Shown: in pieces, positions 9,446 through 17,038 of the stretch
How the letters are laid out: each line of letters opens with the position of its first letter
Numbering within the stretch: position 1 is the first letter of the stretch
NCBI GenBank assembly: GCA_029907135.1
Contig: JARYMJ010000005.1
Span: 446-64,445, forward strand
DNA length: 64,000 nucleotides
From: Candidatus Saccharicenans sp.
GTDB taxonomy: Bacteria > Acidobacteriota > Aminicenantia > Aminicenantales > Saccharicenantaceae
Reading direction: 5' to 3'
The notes under the pieces: generated by a model
What the model saw: the letters and a program-made list of their open reading frames with translations, nothing else
Told to the model about the DNA's origin: nothing
The model's database searches: none
Made by a program: the position numbers and the translations under genes

Positions 9446-10939
9446 TTACTGGTTGATTTCTTTTACGTAGATGTTTCTGAAATAGACGGGTGATAGGCTA
9501 TCGTGATTCTGAAGGCCCAGGTAGCCTTCGCTAGCAAAATCTCTGACCTTGCCCCTGGGTTCGGCTTTCCAGTCTACCACTTTCTTCCCGTTTAATTCTA
9601 CGGTCAGCCGGTCCTTGATGAATGAAATCTTAAAATGGTTCCATTCTCCTGTCGGCCGGGAAGCATCAACTGTCGGGGCCTGGGCATCGTAGACCGCCCC
9701 GGTTCTGTGAATTCCCTCTCCGGCATCATAAATCTGAATCTCAAAAGAATGGTAGATATAATCGTCGCTGGTTGGCACCTCCGGGACCCGCAGGAATATC
9801 CCGGAATTGGTGTTTTTCTGAGAACACTTGAATTCCAGTTCCAGAATAAAATCCCGGTATTTTTTCCGGCTGTACCAGAGTAAACCCATGCCTCCCTGAG
9901 ACTTTAAGACACCGGTTTTGGGATCCAGCTCAAAATAGCCGGGGCCATAGTGATTCCAGCCGTGTTTTTCATAGAGGCCGCGGTAACGACTCAGCAATTG
10001 TTCGTAGTCCTGATAATAGGTTGCCCGCCTGATGAATTCCAGTCCCTGGCTGATGGATGGTTCCGGGTTCATGACCTCTTTTTCGTTCTCGTATTCAATG
10101 GTCAGGTAGCCGTGGTAATCCTGGAGGGTTAGCTCGGCTAGGATAGCCCGGATATCGGCCCGGCCGCGGCCGAAGGCCGTGTCTACGGCATTTTTAGTCC
10201 CGAAATCGGTCCGGTCCTTTAAGTGCACGTCAACTATCCGCCCCTGCAGGAGCCGCAGGCATTCAACCGGTTTCAGCTGGCCCCGCATCCAGTGACCGGT
10301 ATCGGCACAAACCCCGATTCGTTCATCTCTCTCCCGGAGATAGTTCAGGGCGGTGGCCGGATGGGCATACTTGCTCGGCTCAGGATGATTATGGACGGCA
10401 ATCCTGATGTTGTATTCCTTGACCAGCTTATCCAGCAAGGCGTAATCTTCATCCCTGGGCTCGGTGGCTATTATCCAGATCCCCAGCTGCCGGGCAAAAT
10501 CAAACACCCGGCGCATTTCAGTTTCGGTGCGACCCATATCCACCACCCCATAAGCCACCACCTGCATCTTCAGGCTGTTCAATTTGTCCCTGACCAATTT
10601 CAGGTATTCAGGCTCCAACTGATGGTTGAAGGTGACGCTGGCTGGCAGGTCTTTCGACAATCTCTGGCCGGGAAAGGCCTGAACGTAATCAATTCCCAGG
10701 GCTTTGGTTTTTTCCAGGGCTTCAAAAAAGGTGTAGCCACGGTAGGTCCAGCACTGCATGGCCAGCGGGAACTTCTTTATCCGGACCGCGTTGTAATCGG
10801 TATTCTTTACCTGCTGCTTGATTTCTTCTGGAATCACTTTTTGCTGGGCGCCAGAAACTTGGCCGGCCAGAACCGACCCCAGCCCCAGCAGGCCTGCCAG
10901 CAGCAGGATAATCAGACAGGTGTTTTTTTTCTGGTTCAT
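9446..10939 (-). CDS. Exported xylose-isomerase-like TIM-barrel (sugar phosphate isomerase/epimerase family) fused to a DUF1080 (3-keto-disaccharide-hydrolase-like) domain
   Basis: Start ATG 10939 follows GGAGGAG and opens signal peptide MNQKKNTCLIILLLAGLLGLGSVLA; the track start at 10987 is less likely. TIM-barrel metal-site motifs are RIAVHNHPE, GVCADTGHW and DVHLKD. The C-terminal stretch NSGIFLR...EIQIYD...GAVYD...GYLGLQNHDSLSPVYFRNIYVKE is the DUF1080 signature. Confidence 0.75.
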   Translation of the reverse strand: MNQKKNTCLIILLLAGLLGLGSVLAGQVSGAQQKVIPEEIKQQVKNTDYNAVRIKKFPLAMQCWTYRGYTFFEALEKTKALGIDYVQAFPGQRLSKDLPASVTFNHQLEPEYLKLVRDKLNSLKMQVVAYGVVDMGRTETEMRRVFDFARQLGIWIIATEPRDEDYALLDKLVKEYNIRIAVHNHPEPSKYAHPATALNYLRERDERIGVCADTGHWMRGQLKPVECLRLLQGRIVDVHLKDRTDFGTKNAVDTAFGRGRADIRAILAELTLQDYHGYLTIEYENEKEVMNPEPSISQGLEFIRRATYYQDYEQLLSRYRGLYEKHGWNHYGPGYFELDPKTGVLKSQGGMGLLWYSRKKYRDFILELEFKCSQKNTNSGIFLRVPEVPTSDDYIYHSFEIQIYDAGEGIHRTGAVYDAQAPTVDASRPTGEWNHFKISFIKDRLTVELNGKKVVDWKAEPRGKVRDFASEGYLGLQNHDSLSPVYFRNIYVKEINQ

Positions 10940-10993
10940 GTTTTCTCCTCCCCGGAGATTATTAATTTTAATTAAATTAGGGTCCAAGCCAGA

Positions 10994-12253
10994 CTATTTT
11001 TTCTTCCTGGGGTTCCACTGCCCCCTGGCCACGGCCGGGATGAAATTTTCCAGGCCGGGAGGAGGAAAGGGGAGAGTCTTTTCTTTTTCAATGCTCATGT
11101 AGGCTGCCATCAACAGCTCGGTCACGTTAACCCCGTCGCTCCAGTTCTCTAAGGGCCGGCGGTCTTCCAGGAATGATTCCACCATGTGTCGGTTTTCGGC
11201 GGTGTATCCGTATTCATGTTCTTCGCTGGACACCACCGGCATCAGCCCGACCTCGGCATTCTGCTTTTCCACCAGGTCTTCACCGGCCTTTCCCTTGACC
11301 TTGCGGCTGAAGAAAACTTTTAAGCCGGAATCCAGGGTATTGACCTGCATCGAGTACTCCGGCCCCAGGAGCTCCATCGTCAGACGCAGGCCTGCTCCCA
11401 CGTAGCACCAGGAGGTTGTGGTCTCGACCACCAGGGTCTGGCCTTTCGCATCCCGGTATTCCACCACCGACCGGGCAAAATCTTCAGCCGGACGGTTGGC
11501 ATAATCCAGCTTGCCCCCGCTGAGACGTTTGAGGTGGTCTACATACTCGGGCAACTGCCACTTGAGACAGTTGGCATAGGCGGTGATTTTAACCGGCGTC
11601 AGTTCTTCCCGGCTGGCTCCAGGCGGAGTCAGCATGAACCTGGCTTCTTCCACCGAATGGCACATCATATCGTTAAGAACCCCACCTCCCTGGAGCTCAC
11701 CTTCCCAGAACCAGGGCATGTGAGGTCCGCTGTGCTCTTCGGCAGCCCGGGCCAGGTAGGGCCGGCCGCAGAGCTTGGCTCCCCGGGCCCAGATAATTTC
11801 TTTGCCCCGGACTACAGCCGGAGCAAATACCTGGTTTTCCAGATAACCGTCGAGCAAGCCAGCCTTCTTGACTAGTTCCAGCATGCGCCGGGCCTCCCGA
11901 ACATTGCGTCCGAGGGGTTTTTCGCAGGTCACCCCGACCAGCTGGCCCTTGCCCTTGAGCACAGCTTCGGCAATTTCTTCCATTACCGCAATCCGGGTGT
12001 AATTGGGTGAGCAAATCCAGATGGCATCCAGGCCCGGGTCGGCTACCATCTCGGTTATCGATTTATAGGGCCTGGCCTCTCCTACCTTCAACTGCCGGGC
12101 CAGGGCCGCAGCTTCGCCAGCTCTTTTCTGGTCCGGGTCATAGATTCCCAGAATGTCAGCGTTGCGAACCCCGACCCAGGAACGGATATGGAAGCGAGTG
12201 ATGAAACCTCCGCCCACGAAGCCTATTCCCAACGTTTTCTTTTTGTTTTTCAT
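10994..12253 (-). CDS. Gfo/Idh/MocA family NAD(P)-dependent sugar oxidoreductase
   Basis: Rossmann motif GIGFVGGGFITRFH and the conserved CEKPL motif. No signal peptide. ATG 12253 is preferred to the TTG at 12259. Confidence 0.8.
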   Translation of the reverse strand: MKNKKKTLGIGFVGGGFITRFHIRSWVGVRNADILGIYDPDQKRAGEAAALARQLKVGEARPYKSITEMVADPGLDAIWICSPNYTRIAVMEEIAEAVLKGKGQLVGVTCEKPLGRNVREARRMLELVKKAGLLDGYLENQVFAPAVVRGKEIIWARGAKLCGRPYLARAAEEHSGPHMPWFWEGELQGGGVLNDMMCHSVEEARFMLTPPGASREELTPVKITAYANCLKWQLPEYVDHLKRLSGGKLDYANRPAEDFARSVVEYRDAKGQTLVVETTTSWCYVGAGLRLTMELLGPEYSMQVNTLDSGLKVFFSRKVKGKAGEDLVEKQNAEVGLMPVVSSEEHEYGYTAENRHMVESFLEDRRPLENWSDGVNVTELLMAAYMSIEKEKTLPFPPPGLENFIPAVARGQWNPRKKK

Positions 12254-12352
12254 GGTCAAAATCCTTTCTTTCCCTCCGTATATCCTTTCTTTTTAAGTAA
12301 TCTAGTTCCTATCAATGAATTCTCTGACCCCCGGGCGCCTGTAAGCATTTAA

Positions 12353-13573
12353 TCAAGCGGCAGCAGCCTCGGATGAAGTTCCGGTCCGCTTTTCTCGGAA
12401 AAAGGCCAGGAAGATTACCAGGCAGAGTAAGGTCAAAACGGTCGGTACCAGGAAGGTACCCCGCCAGTTAACCACTCCGTCCCTGGTAAAAATATCCTGG
12501 ATCCAGCCGCAGAACAGGCTGCCGACAAAGTTACCGAATCCGAGAATGATGGTAGCAATCAGGCTCTGAGCCGAGTGGCGGATGTCTTTCGGAGCTATGC
12601 TGTCCACATAAATGTAAGCGGCAGTGAAGAAAAAGACATAGCAGAAACCGTGCAGAGCCAGGGAGGCGATCACCAGCCAGGAAGGCTGTCCGATGACAAA
12701 AATGATATAGCGAATGGGCCAGGCCAGAATACCCAGGGTCAGGGTCAAGCGCATGCCGAAGCGGCGCAGGGCCCAGCTCAGCATGAAGGCCATGACAAAA
12801 ATTTCAGCTACCTGAGCTATGGTCATGACGAAAGAAACCGATTGCTGATTCACCCCCACCTTCTGGGTAAGGAAGGGAGAGGTCAGGACATAATAGAATT
12901 GTAATTCGGTAGCCACCACGAAGGAGATGATGGCAAAAATCAGGAAATTCTTATCCTTGAGCATTTTTAGGGCTTCCAGAAAAGCCCAGGGTTTGGCCGC
13001 ATCTTTTTTCGGGGGAGTGTGGGGCAGGCTGAAAGAATAAAGCCCCATGATTATGGAGAAGATTCCGGCCAGGATCAGGGTGTCTCCTTTGAGAGCAATG
13101 CCCTCGGGGGATTTAGCCAGCCAGCGCCAGCCGGCCAGGGCCCAGCCGGCAGCTATCCAGCCAATAGTCCCCCAGACCCTGATGGCCCCGAATTCTTTTT
13201 CCGAGCTCTGGAGATTGACGAAAGCGATGGAGTTGGTCAGGGCCAGGGTGGGGGCATAGACCAGGCAATAAACCAACATCAACCACATCATCGGCTGGAA
13301 ATCGGTGATGTTGGCAATAAGTATCAGTAGCACCCCACCAACCAGCTGCAATACGGCGATGACCTTCTCGCTGGGGAAATAGCGGTCGGCCAGCTGGCCG
13401 CCCAGGAAAGGAGAAATTATGGTGGCCAAGGGAAGTAAACTGAAAATAATTCCCAGCTGGCTGCCGCTGAAGCCTAGGTTGTTCTGGAGATAGGCTGACA
13501 GGACCGGGGCCCAGGATCCCCAGATGGCGTACTGAAGAAACATCATGACGCTCAAGCGGAACTTGACGTTCAT
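12353..13573 (-). CDS. MFS transporter, nucleoside:H+ symporter-like (NupG/XapB family)
   Basis: N-terminus MNVKFRLSVMMFLQYAIWGSWAPVLSAYL is typical of the Nuc_H_symport family. It has 12 TM segments. ATG 13573 lies 7 nt after AAGGAG; the track start at 13594 is a TTG. Confidence 0.7.
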   Translation of the reverse strand: MNVKFRLSVMMFLQYAIWGSWAPVLSAYLQNNLGFSGSQLGIIFSLLPLATIISPFLGGQLADRYFPSEKVIAVLQLVGGVLLILIANITDFQPMMWLMLVYCLVYAPTLALTNSIAFVNLQSSEKEFGAIRVWGTIGWIAAGWALAGWRWLAKSPEGIALKGDTLILAGIFSIIMGLYSFSLPHTPPKKDAAKPWAFLEALKMLKDKNFLIFAIISFVVATELQFYYVLTSPFLTQKVGVNQQSVSFVMTIAQVAEIFVMAFMLSWALRRFGMRLTLTLGILAWPIRYIIFVIGQPSWLVIASLALHGFCYVFFFTAAYIYVDSIAPKDIRHSAQSLIATIILGFGNFVGSLFCGWIQDIFTRDGVVNWRGTFLVPTVLTLLCLVIFLAFFREKRTGTSSEAAAA

Positions 13574-13710
13574 CAGGCTACTCCTTTCAGTCAATTTGCA
13601 TATTCCTCAACTTAAAGAGCAGGATATTTTTTTCCGCTTTTTTTGTCAAATTATTTGCTGGGACCAGGGCTGCAGTTACTGAAAATTCTTCTTGATATTT
13701 TTCCGGGCCT

Positions 13711-14106
13711 GTGTTAATAAAGTCAAAAAGGCAAAGGAGGCAGGCGATTCTGACGGCAATGGAAAAAAGAAGGGAAAAAAGACTCGACGAAGAGAACAAG
13801 GTCATAATCCATGTCATCCCGGAAAACGAACAGCAGGAAGAATCCTTCTATTCCTTTTCCCATGATATCTCGGTAGGCGGTTTGCGCCTGATGACCGACT
13901 CTCCCCTGCCGGTCAAAACCAGGGTCAGGCTGGAAATTGCCCTGACCGAGTCCAAAAAGCTGATTACCGGCATAGCCGAGGTGCGCTGGGTTAAGAGCCT
14001 GTTCGAGGATGAAGTTTTTGAAATGGGGCTGGAATTCGTAGAGCTGGATCCTCAGAGCCGGGTGCATCTGCTGGAGCACGTTTACCGCAAGGTTCTCTCG
14101 CGCTGA
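13711..14106 (+). CDS. PilZ domain protein (c-di-GMP receptor type)
   Basis: Carries RREKR (RxxxR) and DISVGG (D/NxSxxG), the bipartite PilZ c-di-GMP motif. The start is ambiguous: GTG 13711 or ATG 13759. Confidence 0.7.
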   Translation: MLIKSKRQRRQAILTAMEKRREKRLDEENKVIIHVIPENEQQEESFYSFSHDISVGGLRLMTDSPLPVKTRVRLEIALTESKKLITGIAEVRWVKSLFEDEVFEMGLEFVELDPQSRVHLLEHVYRKVLSR

Positions 14107-14191
14107 GTCCAAGAAATCAAGGCCGGGTCTGGTGGCCTGTGGCTGGCAGGGGCGTGGTAGCCTATCCTGGCGCATCTAGAGAGAAAAAGTA

Positions 14192-16036
14192 ATGAAGTCA
14201 ACTTCCCGTTTTTTAATCATAACTGCCATAATCTGGATTCTGTTGGCTGCGTCTGCGGCCGACCTTCTGGCCGAAAGCAAAAATTACTACTTTCCTGAAC
14301 TGAGAGCTGAGCTATATATTCAACCGGATGGCTCTTTCCTGGTGGAGGAATACCTGACCTTTGAATTCCAGGGGCAATTTTCTTGGGCCTCACTGTGGGT
14401 GCCTCTCAGCGCCAGGAAGAACTGGAGGCAGGAAGTCAGCCTGGTTGATTTCAAGGTCAGAGACGAAAGCGGCCAGGAGCTGCCGCTGGTAACTTCGGTC
14501 GAGCCAGGGCAGTTCCGGGCCCGATGGAATTTTTCAGCCAGGAATGAGCGTAGAACATTCCATATATCCTACCGGGTTCTCAACGGGATTCTGAGTTACC
14601 CGGAAATTTCCGAGCTGTACTGGCAGATCATAGGTCCCGAAGTTGACCGACCGACAGCCCGGGCCGAGATTACAGTGCACCTACCGCAACCCGTGTCCAA
14701 CCGTGAACAGTTGCTGGTATATGGTCACGGACCGCTTTCCGGACGGTCCGAGATAATCGACCAACAGACTGTGCGCTTTGAGGCCACCGACATCGCTGCC
14801 CATCAATATCTAGAAATCCGTCTGGCCTGGCCGGCCGGAATGGTGACTGGACTGCCGGCTGAAGGTCTCAGCCGGGAAAAAATAAAAGAGGAAGAAAACC
14901 GGTTCGTCCAGGAAACCATAGAGAGGGTCAGGCGGGCCCGGGAGAGTGAAGCCAGCAGGGTGGAGTTATTAAAGAAGGCGGGTCTGGCCTGGGTTTTCTG
15001 GCAAATAATAGGCCCGCTGCTGTGGCTGGGACTCTATTTTTATTTCTGGAAAAAAATTGGCCAGGACTATCGTTTTCCCGATATCCCTGAATATTTCCGG
15101 GAAATTCCTTCCGACCTGCCCCCGGCTCTGGTCCAGGTCCTGCGAAGGGAAGGAGAACGCCCGCTACCGGTGGCCTTTACCGCCACCGTCTTTGACCTGG
15201 CCACCAGGGGCTACCTGACGATTGAAGACGAGCAGGAAGAAAAGAAAACTTTATTTGGCTCCAAGGTCAAGACCCGGACGATTTTTCAGCTCAAGAAAGA
15301 TTACCGGGAGGATACCCGCCTCCGCTCCTGGGAAAAAGAAGTGCCGGACTTGGTCTTCAACCAGGCTGGGATGAGCGGTCAGCCCGGCAGCCGGGTCAGC
15401 CTCGATCAGCTCCTTCATTACCTTAAAAAACATCCAGCCGACTACCAGCTGTGGTTCCGCAACTGGCAGAAAAAAATTTACCAGGAAGGCCGGGACCTCG
15501 GTTTCATCGAGCCCCAAAGCCGCCGGCTGAGCCAGGTATTTCTAATCATCAGTATCATCATCGCCAGCCTGACCTTCTCGCTGGTGTTATTCATCCTGAC
15601 TTTAATCCTATCCCCGAAACTCAAGAGACGGCGGAAAGACTGGGCCCGGGAGAATGAACTGTGGAAGGCGCTGGACCGCTTTCTGGATGATTTTTCCGAG
15701 TTCCAGGAGATTCCGGCCGAGGCTTACAAGCTCTGGGATAAGTACCTGGTATTTGCCATACTTTTTGGCCAGGCCCGAAAGCTGGTAAAAGTCCTGCCCA
15801 GAATCCTGGGCGATGAGCGAGCTGTTCCGGCCGCCTGGATTGGAGGGAGCTACGATCTCTCCAGCTTGAGCCAGGGGGTGGAGGCCATGGCCGCTACCAT
15901 TTCTTCCATAGAAAGAGCCGCAACTTCCTTGAGTCAGGCCAGCACCCAGGCCGCTCATTATTCTTCAGGTGGAGGTGGCGGATTTAGCGGCGGTGGGGGA
16001 GGTGGCGGTGGCGGCGGTGGGGTGTCGGCCGGTTGA
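14192..16036 (+). CDS. DUF2207-type membrane protein with C-terminal poly-glycine tail
   Basis: Signal peptide, a ~230-aa extracytoplasmic domain, TM segments (WVFWQIIGPLLWLGLYFYFW; VFLIISIIIASLTFSLVLFILTLIL), and a terminal SSGGGGGFSGGGGGGGGGGGVSAG. This layout is typical of DUF2207. Confidence 0.65.
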   Translation: MKSTSRFLIITAIIWILLAASAADLLAESKNYYFPELRAELYIQPDGSFLVEEYLTFEFQGQFSWASLWVPLSARKNWRQEVSLVDFKVRDESGQELPLVTSVEPGQFRARWNFSARNERRTFHISYRVLNGILSYPEISELYWQIIGPEVDRPTARAEITVHLPQPVSNREQLLVYGHGPLSGRSEIIDQQTVRFEATDIAAHQYLEIRLAWPAGMVTGLPAEGLSREKIKEEENRFVQETIERVRRARESEASRVELLKKAGLAWVFWQIIGPLLWLGLYFYFWKKIGQDYRFPDIPEYFREIPSDLPPALVQVLRREGERPLPVAFTATVFDLATRGYLTIEDEQEEKKTLFGSKVKTRTIFQLKKDYREDTRLRSWEKEVPDLVFNQAGMSGQPGSRVSLDQLLHYLKKHPADYQLWFRNWQKKIYQEGRDLGFIEPQSRRLSQVFLIISIIIASLTFSLVLFILTLILSPKLKRRRKDWARENELWKALDRFLDDFSEFQEIPAEAYKLWDKYLVFAILFGQARKLVKVLPRILGDERAVPAAWIGGSYDLSSLSQGVEAMAATISSIERAATSLSQASTQAAHYSSGGGGGFSGGGGGGGGGGGVSAG

Positions 16037-16130
16037 TATTCCTCCGCATCGAGGCAGCTGGTTCTGATATCCCGATAGCCCAGTTACAGGATTCAGTGAG
16101 GAAAAAATCTTTCCGTGGTCTAAATATAAA

Positions 16131-16685
16131 ATGAAAATCCGGGGAAAAGAATACTGTCGGGTGAAAAAAAGGCGGCTCTTAGGATTGTCGTTATTGGCCG
16201 CTTTGGTTTTTGGTCTTCTGTCTACTGTTGATTCCTGCCGTTCGGTTGATGAAAGCCAAATAATAAAAGACCTGCTGGCAAGGATAGTCAGCCTGGCCGA
16301 GAAAAAAGACCGGGATAGGATCCTGGCCTATCTCGGGCCCGGCTACCGGGATTTTGAGGGACGAGATGTGCCCGAAACCGGCCAGCTGCTCGATCATTAT
16401 TTTCAGAATTATCAGGGAATAGCCATCCGTCTGCTAGATATTTACGTAGATATTAATAACGGCCAGGCTGAAGCCGGAGCTGATGTCTTGCTGTCCTCAG
16501 GCCCGCTGGAAGCCCTGAGAAAAATAGTTGGCCTGGTCGGGGTTTATTACCGCTTTGATTTTAGGCTGGAAAAAGAGAGCGGTGGCTGGAAAATCATTTA
16601 TGCCACCTGGCGGGAGATTGATTCCGGGTCATTGCTGCCCGGCTCCCAGGTTATTCTAAAAAAAATTTTTCAGGATAAATCTTAA
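16131..16685 (+). CDS. Hypothetical lipoprotein (possibly NTF2/SnoaL-like fold)
   Basis: Signal sequence with Cys (LLSTVDSC). It is a 184-aa soluble domain ending ...GGWKIIYATWREI. I recognise no enzymatic motif. Confidence 0.5.
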   Translation: MKIRGKEYCRVKKRRLLGLSLLAALVFGLLSTVDSCRSVDESQIIKDLLARIVSLAEKKDRDRILAYLGPGYRDFEGRDVPETGQLLDHYFQNYQGIAIRLLDIYVDINNGQAEAGADVLLSSGPLEALRKIVGLVGVYYRFDFRLEKESGGWKIIYATWREIDSGSLLPGSQVILKKIFQDKS

Positions 16686-16698
16686 AAAGGAGATAGCG

Positions 16699-16959
16699 AT
16701 GGAAGAAAAGAAAAAAAAGTTTGAGGAATTTAAGGTCAGCGGCTCCGAGATTCTGGAGAAGATCAAGGGAATACTCCGGGAAGGTAACGCTCGCCGCATC
16801 ATCTTCAAGACTGAAGACGGCAAGACCTTCATGGAAATTCCCGTGACCGTTGGTATTGTCGGCACCCTGATTGCCCCGGTCTGGGCCGCTATCGGAGCCG
16901 TGGCCGCCCTGGCTTCCAACCTGACCATTGTGGTGGAGAGAGAGGAACGGGACAAGTAG
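16699..16959 (+). CDS. DUF4342 domain protein
   Basis: EEFKVSGSEILEKIKGILREGNARRIIFKTEDGKTFMEIPVTVGIVG... matches my memory of the DUF4342 consensus. RBS AAGGAG. It lies 13 nt after the previous gene. Confidence 0.6.
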   Translation: MEEKKKKFEEFKVSGSEILEKIKGILREGNARRIIFKTEDGKTFMEIPVTVGIVGTLIAPVWAAIGAVAALASNLTIVVEREERDK

Positions 16960-17038
16960 CTGAGGCTAACATTTTTCTTGAATCGAGATGGCCAATCTGG
17001 TAAAGAAAGCCTGTCTATAAATTTATCTGGAGATAAAA

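Noticed and set aside
15968-16023. GGN-rich repeat tract (ggtggaggtggcgga...ggcggcggtggggtg), which could be a simple-sequence repeat or a G-quadruplex element.
   Set aside because: It is in frame and encodes the C-terminal poly-Gly tail typical of DUF2207 proteins. The codons are imperfectly repeated, so it is not a clean microsatellite.
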